IMG/VR virus record: IMGVR_UViG_3300029309_000001
Location: 55,027-119,026 of that record
Direction: 5' to 3' (one strand)
DNA from: a virus
DNA length: 64,000 nt
Shown here: positions 21,019-30,800 of the stretch, piece after piece
Position numbering within the stretch: position 1 is the stretch's first letter
Layout: the number at the start of each line of letters is the position of its first letter
The notes under the pieces: model-generated
Database searches by the model: none
Told to the model about the DNA's origin: nothing
What the model saw: the letters and a program-made list of their open reading frames with translations, nothing else
Program-made: the position numbers and the translations under genes

Positions 21019-21693
21019 TTATTCTCTATTTAGATTTTTATTGTTTTGTGAATCTTCTTGAGGTATTTGTAATCTAGCAACTAATGTTTGCATTATTTGA
21101 GCTTCTATTTCAGTGTAAAGAAATTCAGGTATATTAATTTGTTGTTTATATCTAGGTCTACAATCATCTTCTATATCATCTGTAAACTTAGATATATCTT
21201 CTTCAAAAACACCTTCTAGTTTTATTGCATCCCAATCTACATTAGGTAAATAAATGTAATCATTTAAAAACCAAAAGTATTTATATTTATTATATCTAAA
21301 AGAAGTAGTTTTACTCATTGATGCAAAAGTACCTGGTTGTGTAGGATGACATTCTATTGATCCATCTATAGATGATATTGTTCTAATTAAAGGTCCCCAA
21401 TAACCTTCAAAAAATGTAGGCAATTTGTCTTTTGTTCTTTTTATAGTCATACCACTTTTTATACCTGCACATTCTGCTTCAACTTTATCTACATCTATTA
21501 ATTCTAAAAAAGGTAAAGTTTGCCACACACTATTAAATTTCATAAGTTTATTAGCATTATCCTGCCTTCTCATTAGTGTTTGTGCAAACTTTATTACCAT
21601 GCTATAAAGAAATCTATCTGTTACAAATGCATCTTGTACATTTCCTTTTATTTGATTTCTTACTCTTGATATAATATCTCCTATAGTTGTCAT
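21019..21693 (-). CDS. Tail ring/structural protein
   Basis: Synteny in the crAss-like tail block. The N-terminus (MTTIGDIISRVRNQI..D..VTDRFLY) is typical of ring proteins. Confidence 0.55.
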   Translation of the reverse strand: MTTIGDIISRVRNQIKGNVQDAFVTDRFLYSMVIKFAQTLMRRQDNANKLMKFNSVWQTLPFLELIDVDKVEAECAGIKSGMTIKRTKDKLPTFFEGYWGPLIRTISSIDGSIECHPTQPGTFASMSKTTSFRYNKYKYFWFLNDYIYLPNVDWDAIKLEGVFEEDISKFTDDIEDDCRPRYKQQINIPEFLYTEIEAQIMQTLVARLQIPQEDSQNNKNLNRE

Positions 21694-21694
21694 T

Positions 21695-22213
21695 TTATTC
21701 TTTTTTATACATGTCCGCTACTCTTTTTTTATTACCCATTACAATATATTTTTTCCATTGTTTTGGATATTTTTTTGCAACAGCTCTTTTAAATTGTCTT
21801 ATTGCGGTAAATTGCCAAAGCTCTCTATTTTTAAAACGGTATTTAGTTGAGTAGTTAGTATAAAAAATCTTACCTATATTTCCATTTGTTTCCCAGTTTT
21901 TATTTTGAATTACTTTACCGTATTCTTTTGAAACTGAATAATTAGTGTTTACACTTTTAGGAGGAGGGCAAGTTCCTATAAATAAATATCCTAAACTATC
22001 AGGTAGTTTAACACCGTTTCTATTATCTATTACATTATTCCATATTTTACCATTAAAAGATTTAATTATTTTTTTAAGTTTATCATCATCTATGTTTGAA
22101 TATATAGGAAACTTCTCTTTAAAATCAGTTAAAGTTTTTAAGTTTAGCAGCCCATATACTTTTTCTCTATACCTAGGTTTATTTAAATTAGGTTTTTTAA
22201 AATTGTTTAACAT
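21695..22213 (-). CDS. IHF/HU-like basic protein of the crAss-like tail block
   Basis: Basic 172 aa protein with GVKLPDSLGYLFI (HU-like beta arm). It occupies the position of the IHF-like gene before Ttub in crAss-like phages. Confidence 0.5.
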   Translation of the reverse strand: MLNNFKKPNLNKPRYREKVYGLLNLKTLTDFKEKFPIYSNIDDDKLKKIIKSFNGKIWNNVIDNRNGVKLPDSLGYLFIGTCPPPKSVNTNYSVSKEYGKVIQNKNWETNGNIGKIFYTNYSTKYRFKNRELWQFTAIRQFKRAVAKKYPKQWKKYIVMGNKKRVADMYKKE

Positions 22214-22225
22214 ACATTATACAGT

Positions 22226-22239
22226 TATAATTTACAAAA
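22226..22239 (-). promoter_or_regulatory. Putative late promoter (TTTTGTAAATTATA)
   Basis: Motif copy about 13 nt upstream of 22213. Confidence 0.5.
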
Positions 22240-22259
22240 AATAAGTGATTTATTCAAGT

Positions 22260-23441
22260 TTATTCTGGTGAATATGTGAGTTCACAAATCTCACCTTTAT
22301 CTGGTGTATGAAGAGATAATACTCCAGATCTTCTAGATCCTACAAATTTATTATGATAATGATAATAATCTGTTTTAGAAAGACTTGGTAAAATCTTTAA
22401 AGTAAATCCAGTATTTTCATGTTGTGTAATATATTCTATTTTCTTTTTATGATGGTAATGTCCTGTATATAAAGTTCTATATAATGTCTTACCCCATTCT
22501 CTAGGATATTCCATAGAATATAATAATAATGAATTTTTAGTATTTACATCACCATGCTCAAATGCAAAAAAGTTATCTCCATATGTAAACACTTTTCTTT
22601 CAAGATATACTACATCCCATAATATTTTTTTATCTTTAAAACATTTTGAAAGTGCATGTGCTAAATGAAATGATGAAAGTCTATCATGATTACCTGGTAT
22701 ATATACTATTTGTAACTTATCACAAAATTGTTTTAAATAATTTATACTCCATTGTAAAGCATCAAAAGCTTGCATATAAGCTTCAGTAGATGTCATACAA
22801 TTATCTAAAGGTGTACCACTTGTAGTAGTACCATTCCATGTATCCATATTTATTAAATCTCCACCTATTACATAATAAAGTTTTTCTATATAATGAGATT
22901 TACTTGCTCTTTCTGCAAGATCAATAATAGTTTCTTCAAAATCTTTATCTATAGTTTCATTACCTTCTTTACCAAAATGTATATCCTGTAAAGATAAAAC
23001 TCCAGCTGTTTTAGTTTTACCTGGAGTTTTTATTCTTTTAACTAATTTATGTTTTTTTGGTTTAAAATCTTTTAATAATTCTGCTACATTATCTACTTCA
23101 TTATCTTTTAATTTTGTAACCATTGCTGATACACGCCAATGATCACCCATTTGTTTATTCCAATAGCTAGATAATTTCCATTGTGTAGTATCTATATTTA
23201 ATATATCAATTATTTCTTCAGGAGATTTTGGTTCAGAAGAACTCATTGTTTCCATTTTTGCTTCTCCTTTTTCTATATTATATTCATATGATGTAGCTGA
23301 ATTTTCTAATAATTCTTGTGACTTAACATAATCTTTTAATTTGTCATAGTCTTCTATTGTGATGTTTAATTTATCAGCACAATAATCTGATGTTTTTTTC
23401 CATTTAAATGATGCTTTGATTTTGTCAAATAATGAATCCAT
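22260..23441 (-). CDS. Calcineurin-like metallophosphoesterase with an N-terminal extension
   Basis: All five motifs are present: DIH, GGD, GNHD, EHGD, GHYH. Confidence 0.85.
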   Translation of the reverse strand: MDSLFDKIKASFKWKKTSDYCADKLNITIEDYDKLKDYVKSQELLENSATSYEYNIEKGEAKMETMSSSEPKSPEEIIDILNIDTTQWKLSSYWNKQMGDHWRVSAMVTKLKDNEVDNVAELLKDFKPKKHKLVKRIKTPGKTKTAGVLSLQDIHFGKEGNETIDKDFEETIIDLAERASKSHYIEKLYYVIGGDLINMDTWNGTTTSGTPLDNCMTSTEAYMQAFDALQWSINYLKQFCDKLQIVYIPGNHDRLSSFHLAHALSKCFKDKKILWDVVYLERKVFTYGDNFFAFEHGDVNTKNSLLLYSMEYPREWGKTLYRTLYTGHYHHKKKIEYITQHENTGFTLKILPSLSKTDYYHYHNKFVGSRRSGVLSLHTPDKGEICELTYSPE

Positions 23442-23469
23442 GTATTTTATTTTTTAGTTAATATGTTTG

Positions 23470-23477
23470 CAAAGATA
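23470..23477 (-). promoter_or_regulatory. Bacteroidota-type -7 promoter element (TATCTTTG)
   Basis: Matches TAnnTTTG, about 30 nt upstream of the phosphoesterase start. Confidence 0.5.
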
Positions 23478-23499
23478 TAAAAAGTTTAATATATAATAG

Positions 23500-23527
23500 A
23501 AAAGGTCCCATTTTCACAGGACCTTTT
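23500..23527 (-). terminator. Intrinsic terminator
   Basis: AAAAGGTCC...GGACCTTTT inverted repeat after the 23572 gene. Confidence 0.6.
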
Positions 23528-23571
23528 CGGCAAACAAGCAATGAAAACCAACAAAACACTACTTACTTTTG

Positions 23572-24126
23572 CTATATTGTTGTTGAACAGTATGTTTCTA
23601 CAGAACCATATAATGTACCACCTACACTTGCATCTACTTGAAATTTATAACTTGTATTAGGTGATAAACCAGTTACAGTAAATGAAGCTGTTGATGTTGC
23701 TATACCTGTTCCACTTGGAGCTGCAGAATATGCACCTGCCGTTGCTATTTTAAATTTTACATTTAATGATGCTGCTGATGTAGGTACACCTGCCCATCCT
23801 AATGTTACTGTTGTTGATGTTTTATTAATTACATATAAATATTGTACAGATTTAGTTGCTGTATTTGGATCTTTTAAGAATAATGCTACTCTTTGCATTA
23901 TAGCAGATAACCTTTCTCCTTTTGCAATAGTAAATATATTACCTGCACCATCTTGTGCTTCAATAGTATCTTGACACCAAGTTATACATTCCATACATAA
24001 ACATTCTGCACACTTTTCTACATTAACTCCTGTACATTGTGAGTATGCACAAGGTGTTGTTAATCCTGTGTCATTGCATGCACAAGGTGTTGATTTACAG
24101 TTACTAGAATTACAATTACAAGCCAT
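23572..24126 (-). CDS. Small virion protein with a Cys-rich N-terminus and a fibronectin type III domain
   Basis: About 12 Cys in the first 50 aa; FN3 signature TSTTVTLGW...VTGLSPNTSYKFQV. Confidence 0.7.
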   Translation of the reverse strand: MACNCNSSNCKSTPCACNDTGLTTPCAYSQCTGVNVEKCAECLCMECITWCQDTIEAQDGAGNIFTIAKGERLSAIMQRVALFLKDPNTATKSVQYLYVINKTSTTVTLGWAGVPTSAASLNVKFKIATAGAYSAAPSGTGIATSTASFTVTGLSPNTSYKFQVDASVGGTLYGSVETYCSTTI

Positions 24127-24144
24127 TTTATTTATTTTTTAATA

Positions 24145-27100
24145 TTATGAACATACAGTTTCATTTTTCCAATGTGGATATGTTCTAGAGTATTGAGCTA
24201 CTGCTTTACCTGCTGAACCATCACATCTAGCATAATATCTATTATGAATAAGTTCTACTCTATAATCTTTTCCAGTTGCTCCTGCTGTAGTTGTATAAAC
24301 TTTACATGTAGGGTCAAATTGTGTTCCTGTTTTATTATACATATTTATACAAGATCCGCCACCTTTTGCTGCTTCACCACAAGCACCTGCTACAGTATTA
24401 GTTCCAATTGGAGCAGTTCCATATTGAGCACCTGCACCTCCCATTTGAGAATATGCACCTGCAGTTGGTATTGCTGAAGCACCTACAACAGAATCTAAAC
24501 AAAGTAATTTTTTTAATTCTGCTGTATATGGATCATTTAGGTTAGCACCTGTTACAGGAATTTCAAAATAACCATCCATATAAGGAACAATAGTTATATT
24601 AAGATTTACTAATGGAGCTAATGCATTACTATTTGATGTAGTAACTGTAGCATTATATGGATTAGCATTAGTATCTAAATTAGCTTTCCAATTAGAAATA
24701 CCTTCTACATTAAAGTAATCTGATCCAAATCTATAAGCGTTATATTCATTTGCAGTAAGAGCTGCAGTAGTTCCATTAGCTGTTGCATTACAAGCTAATA
24801 TCATTTGTCTTATTAATGCTTTATCACTAGCATCTGCACCAGCATGTAATCCAGTTTGTTTAGGTATTACATAATGGCCATCACATCTATAAATTGCATT
24901 AGTAAGTATTGGATACTCTGAATTAAGAGCTACAGTTTCTGAAGCTGCCCATGTAGATGGACCTTTAAATGTTCCTGCATCTCCTGTAGTATTTCTATTA
25001 TTATCTACAAGAATATTCATTACATCATCATAATCATCTTTAAATCTTGCAGTTGGAGCACTAGGTGCTGCTGATGCATTTGTTGTAGTATATAATGATA
25101 CTGCTTCCTCAGATCCTTCAACTATAGATCTATAAGATTGTTGTACAAAAGAAAATAACATAAAGTTTGTTGAAAGTGAATTTGCAGTGTTACCCCACCA
25201 TCCTGTTGGTGTAGTACTAGATGTATATACTTGTTTAATAGTATTCCAGTCTCCTGTAGTATTTAATGCTACACCATCTCCTCTTAATGCTATAATTCTA
25301 TGATGTGATAAATATGCAGCTTCTGAACCTACTTTTTGTTTTGTTCCATCAAAACCACCAGCTTTTAAAGGAAGTATATATAGTTTACCTGTATAACCAG
25401 AATATCTATTTGTTATTTCTGTATGAACTGCAGTCATAGATGTTTTAATAGCTGCTCCTTCTGCTGAAGTATATTTATCTGTATCAATAAATACAACAAG
25501 ATCAGTTGTTAAATGTGTTGCCCAGAATCCTCTTGAGAAAGAAGATGTATAATCTCCACTGTTTTTAGATCCTATAGTTAATTTAGTTGTATTAGAATCT
25601 GTAGTTTTAAAACTTCCAGCTTGTATAGGTGCATAAGCAAATTGTTGTGTATTTGATGGTATTGGATTAGGAGTAAAACTATTTGTTCCAAATGATGCAG
25701 CACCTATATCATATATTAAATCTGAAGCCTGTACAGTATTACCATGCGCAATTTGATAATTATAACTAGTATTAAATGCATATTGTAAATCTGCATAAGG
25801 TACCCAATTTGTCCAAGCAGCTTGACTTATATTTACTTCATCACCTAAACATGAAAAATATGTTTGTGGTATAATTGGTGCTGCTGATGCATCTGTATTT
25901 ACTTCTGCATAAACATAATAATTTTTACCATTTGTTGATGTTATACCATCCATATATCTCCAACCATCACCTAATGTATTAGTTGTTGTATCTGTTCTTG
26001 CTGTAGTAACTCCATTTGTAACAAGTGATTTAACTGGATTATTATAATCTAAAGATACACCTGTTGAAGTAATTTTTCCTGCTGCACATGGTGTTAATGT
26101 TTCTGCCCATATTGTATTATTTTTTAATACACCAGCAACTTCACCATCAGCAGTTGTAAATCCAGCAATATAAATATCTCCCATATTTGTACCAGGATTT
26201 CTTACATCATCACAAGCCATTGCTATAAATGATCCTGCTGTTGAATATGCTAAATCTGTTGGAGTAGTTTTAAATACTGCTGCTAATATTGTACTATCTG
26301 CACAAGTTGTTCCTGTAGTTGTTATAAGTTCTTTATTACAACTGTGTTCAAAGTTTCCTCCTTGTGTTAAACCATAACTAACTTGTACTTGATATTGCTG
26401 ACCCTGTGTTAAACCTGTAAATGAACCAGTCCAAGGACCTCTATTAGATGGATTATCTCTTACTTGACTAGCTAGAGTAGAACCTTTAGAATTCATTAAT
26501 GTTATTCTAGCTGAATATTTACTTGGTAATTTTGAAGCATCTACAGTAAATGATATTGTAGTTGTTCCTGCTGTTAATGACATAGTTGGACATATATCAA
26601 CATTAGTAATTGTTTTAGTTGTTGTATTAGCACATTGTACTCCTGCACCATTTGTAAAACAATATTCTACTGTTACATCAAATGTTGCACTTGAACCATC
26701 TAAATTAGTTATACTTAAAGCTGTTCCTTCATTTGTATTTTGAAGTTGATGTATTTGTCTATTAAATACAGCTGAAGCTCCGTATGTATCTGTAACTGTT
26801 ATTTTAGATCCATTAGATTTATCACAATCATAAAAAGATGATGGAACAGTAGTTTGTGTAAAGTTTATGTTTATACTTGTTGATAAACCTGGATCACCTG
26901 TTGCATTTGCAAAGAAACCATATGTAATATCACTACATGCAGATGGTATTACATCTTTTTGTAATGTTTCTAATGCTTGTCTCATATCATTAATTACAAT
27001 CCATGCATTTGTAAATGATTGTGCTAATGTAGATGGAGAATTAACAAAACCTGTAACAGTACTTAATGTTCCTGTTCCATGTAATTTTTTTGCACTACCC

Positions 27101-27822
27101 ATAGATGCACCTTGATAACCTATTGATGCTGCTAAATCTGATTGTGGACCTGTACTAGATTGTAATCCACAAAATGCTCTTTCTACTTCTGATAATGCTG
27201 TACTTAAATTTGTTAGTCTTCCTGGATTTCCTACACAAGTTGTTACTATTTGTTTTTCTGTAGGATTAATTTTTCTTTTCTTTTCAGCATTTTCTAGCTG
27301 AACAATTCTTCCTTCATGATTTCCTACTTGTCCTTGTAATGTTGTAACTTCAGAAACTGTTTCTGTTATTCTGTTTCCTACTAATTCTGCGTATTGTTGT
27401 AAAGGTAATGCTCTAACAACAGATGCTGTATTAGGATCTGTATATTGCATTGATGTTGGTAATGTAACAGGAGTTGTTAAAACATCTCCTGAACCAAAAT
27501 CAGATTGATTAGCTTGACGTGCTTGTACAACATTTTCTATAATTAAATTTGTTAACTCTGTTTGATTTGTTGCAGGCTGTGCTTGTTGACCAGATCCATT
27601 TTCTAACCCTGATTGGTTTATTCTAGCCATTTCCATTGTTCCATGGTTGACTCCTGGAGCTTGTTTTAATTTTACTAATTCTTCACAAAACTTAGCCATT
27701 ACGTCACTAATAGTATCTCCGTGACAAAGATCAATACAAGGTAAATCTGGACCTTGCCAGACAACACAGTTGGATGAAACGTTGTTACATCCTCCAGATT
27801 TATTAGAGTTATAAGGAATCAT
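24145..27822 (-). CDS. Large tail fibre/appendage protein (Cys-rich head, coiled coil, Ig/FN3-like domain)
   Basis: Heptad segment VTTLQGQVGNHEGRIVQLEN; FN3-like FTGLTQGQQYQVQV; Thr/Gly-rich composition. Confidence 0.6.
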   Translation of the reverse strand: MIPYNSNKSGGCNNVSSNCVVWQGPDLPCIDLCHGDTISDVMAKFCEELVKLKQAPGVNHGTMEMARINQSGLENGSGQQAQPATNQTELTNLIIENVVQARQANQSDFGSGDVLTTPVTLPTSMQYTDPNTASVVRALPLQQYAELVGNRITETVSEVTTLQGQVGNHEGRIVQLENAEKKRKINPTEKQIVTTCVGNPGRLTNLSTALSEVERAFCGLQSSTGPQSDLAASIGYQGASMGSAKKLHGTGTLSTVTGFVNSPSTLAQSFTNAWIVINDMRQALETLQKDVIPSACSDITYGFFANATGDPGLSTSININFTQTTVPSSFYDCDKSNGSKITVTDTYGASAVFNRQIHQLQNTNEGTALSITNLDGSSATFDVTVEYCFTNGAGVQCANTTTKTITNVDICPTMSLTAGTTTISFTVDASKLPSKYSARITLMNSKGSTLASQVRDNPSNRGPWTGSFTGLTQGQQYQVQVSYGLTQGGNFEHSCNKELITTTGTTCADSTILAAVFKTTPTDLAYSTAGSFIAMACDDVRNPGTNMGDIYIAGFTTADGEVAGVLKNNTIWAETLTPCAAGKITSTGVSLDYNNPVKSLVTNGVTTARTDTTTNTLGDGWRYMDGITSTNGKNYYVYAEVNTDASAAPIIPQTYFSCLGDEVNISQAAWTNWVPYADLQYAFNTSYNYQIAHGNTVQASDLIYDIGAASFGTNSFTPNPIPSNTQQFAYAPIQAGSFKTTDSNTTKLTIGSKNSGDYTSSFSRGFWATHLTTDLVVFIDTDKYTSAEGAAIKTSMTAVHTEITNRYSGYTGKLYILPLKAGGFDGTKQKVGSEAAYLSHHRIIALRGDGVALNTTGDWNTIKQVYTSSTTPTGWWGNTANSLSTNFMLFSFVQQSYRSIVEGSEEAVSLYTTTNASAAPSAPTARFKDDYDDVMNILVDNNRNTTGDAGTFKGPSTWAASETVALNSEYPILTNAIYRCDGHYVIPKQTGLHAGADASDKALIRQMILACNATANGTTAALTANEYNAYRFGSDYFNVEGISNWKANLDTNANPYNATVTTSNSNALAPLVNLNITIVPYMDGYFEIPVTGANLNDPYTAELKKLLCLDSVVGASAIPTAGAYSQMGGAGAQYGTAPIGTNTVAGACGEAAKGGGSCINMYNKTGTQFDPTCKVYTTTAGATGKDYRVELIHNRYYARCDGSAGKAVAQYSRTYPHWKNETVCS

Positions 27823-27852
27823 AGTTTGTTTTTATTTTTTATCACTATACAT

Positions 27853-27866
27853 TATAATATACAAAA
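27853..27866 (-). promoter_or_regulatory. Putative late promoter (TTTTGTATATTATA)
   Basis: Motif copy upstream of 27822. Confidence 0.6.
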
Positions 27867-27885
27867 GTTTTATTTATTAACCAAG

Positions 27886-30800
27886 TTAAGCAACAGTAAA
27901 TGATTTTATTTCAGTTTGTATTAAAGTACATCCTGCCATATCAATAAATCCTCTCCAGTAATAAGTTGTTCCTGATACTAAAGATCCTGTTGTAGTTTGA
28001 GTTATTATTGTATCTGCTACACCACCTCCTGGATAAGTATTTGCTGTTCCAGGAACCATTGTTGTTTCAATTACACCACCACCTGTTGGAGTTGCACCAC
28101 TTACATATGATATAGAAGAGCTAGTACCCCATACAACACCCCATTTACCAGTTGAGCCACCAACAGCAGCTGTACTTAAACTATTTGTTTCAGTTAATAT
28201 CCATCCTAATACATATGTAGTAGCACTATTACATAAAGATAATAATGCTTTAACTTCTGGACATAAACCTGTTGTTGTAAATTGTTGTAGAGCATTCCAA
28301 TCAGAAGTTTTTTTAATAATACCATCAGCATCTAAACATTCTGCTCTTACTTGGAATTCATATTTTATTTGTGTTCCTAATCCAGTTAATGCATAATATG
28401 TATTAGTTATATCATTTACTTCAATCCATGTATTTGGAGTAGTAGTATTAACAACCCTATATCTTACATCATATCTAACTGATGTTTCAGTAGTAGTAGA
28501 TGCAGACCAATTTAATGTAGCTGTTTCATGAGTTAAATTTGTAACCTGTAAATTACCAGGTGCATTACATGTGCATTGTGGATCTGGATCTGTACATACT
28601 GCATCAGGACATAATTCAGTTGCAGTTATTTTAATTCTTTGTTGTGCACAATCTCCTGATGTTTTAAAACATTCACATAATTGTACTGTATGATCAGTAT
28701 TAACAGATGCTTGTGGAATTATATGGGTATATCTTCCAAACTCATTTGTTTTACCTACATCTTTACCATCTAAATATATTTCAAAATCTTTTATTGCATC
28801 ACCATTTTGATTTACAACATCAAATACTAAACATTCATTATCATCACATTGATAAAGATTTAAATCAAAAAAGTCATCTAAATCTGATGTAAAACGTTCT
28901 GCTGTAAAAGAAACTTGAGCAACATTAACACCCCATCCAAATCTATCAAGACCTCCATAACCAGAAACTAAATTATTTGGATTAGGATATGACCAATATG
29001 GATTTGAAAGTTCTATTGCAGTCATTGGATTAGTACCACCAACTAATCCATTTACTGGTGCTGTTCCTGTAATAAATGTCCCATCTGGTGTAGGTTTATT
29101 ACCACTTGATATTGCTCCTAATGCATGTAGTGGAAACGGTCTATGAGTTGAATTTTCATTATCTGGTTTGGCTGGATATAAAAAACAATTTAATTTATGA
29201 TTACATGATCTTGATGTAAAATCATTATATATTTCTAAATATTTATCATAATCATTTCTAAAATTAAGAGAAGGATCTCCTTGTACTGTAGCAAGATTCC
29301 AATCTGTAGCAGTGCCATTTAAAGATCCTCTTACATGATAACACATAAAATCAGGATCATTGTTAACAGCACTTAATCTATTATCTGATTCATCTGCAAA
29401 TACTACTACTAATACTTGTTCTGTTGATGCTGCTGGAGGAGGTCCTGACCATGATACTGAAGTTCCTATAGGTGTATAAGCACCTGGTATTCCAGGATTT
29501 GTAGCCCATAAATTACAAGTTGTTCCTGGAACTGCTCCATCATACCATTTAGTAGCACAATCTCCGTTTTGTGCCCAATCTGCAACTTGTACTGCTAAAC
29601 CTACACCAAAATTAGTTTGTTGGTGACAACCACAACCACCTGTATGAAATTCTGAAAATGCGTAACATCCTCCTGCACATGCTCTTTCACTAGGAGCTTG
29701 ACATGCTGGATTATTAGATTGTTGAGCTAAAGGTGTACAACCTTTACCTGCATTATTAAGTTGACCTGTAACTGAAGATGTAGCCCAGTCTAGCCATCTT
29801 TCACCTTGTATGACAGTATGATAATGTTTACCATTAAAGCCTTTACCTTTTAATGTTTGTATCCATAATTCTGAAGCAGCATGAATATTTTTTACAGAAT
29901 TAATTCCTAAAGAAGTTCCATCATAATAAAAATAAACTGTTAATTCTCCTTTTTCTGTTAGGCCACATAAAGGATCTACCCAATTAGGATGTGTTCCTGC
30001 TTCTGGTGGAACACCAGGTTCTAATGGTTTAAATACTTCTCTTTCATATGCAAACCCTGTATATTCTTTTTCTTTTTTATCTTCCCAAAAACATAAATAT
30101 TTTTCTGCAGCTCTTCTATCTATACTATTTGCACAAGGACTTGTCATACCAAATCTCATTGCTTGAAAATGTTTATATACATCATCTGCAAATAAAGCTT
30201 CTGTTTCTATTCTTTTAACATCAACATCTGTTAAATGTTCTCCTGGATCATTTTGTCCATAAGCTATATCACAATCTGGTAAAGCTTCTTCACAACTTCC
30301 ATCATCACATCCTGCAGTTGCATTATAATTAGGAGCAGCTGGATCTGTACAACCTGGAAAAGTACAACTCCCATCATCAATTGTAGCTAATGGATTATAA
30401 TTACAAGCCGTTGGATCTGTACATCCTAATACATCATATCTACATGAACCATCATCACAAGCTGCATTTGGATCATAATTGATTGCTGTTGGATCTGTAC
30501 ATCCACATGCACATTGTTCACTTGGATTAATTATACATGTACCAACTTGTACTTGATATAAAAATTCAAGACATTGACCTTGAGTTGTAATTTGTTCTCC
30601 AAATAAATCATATGTTCCTGGTGCTATATTATTAAAAAATGCATATCCATTAGCATCTGTTATTTGTGAACCTAAAGTACCAAAATCAATTAAATATCCT
30701 GCAATTGGAACACAAGTATTAGCATTTGATACATCACATGCTTGTACTGTTATACAATCTATAGGTGGATTACATGTTGTAGTACTTACTCCAAAACCTA

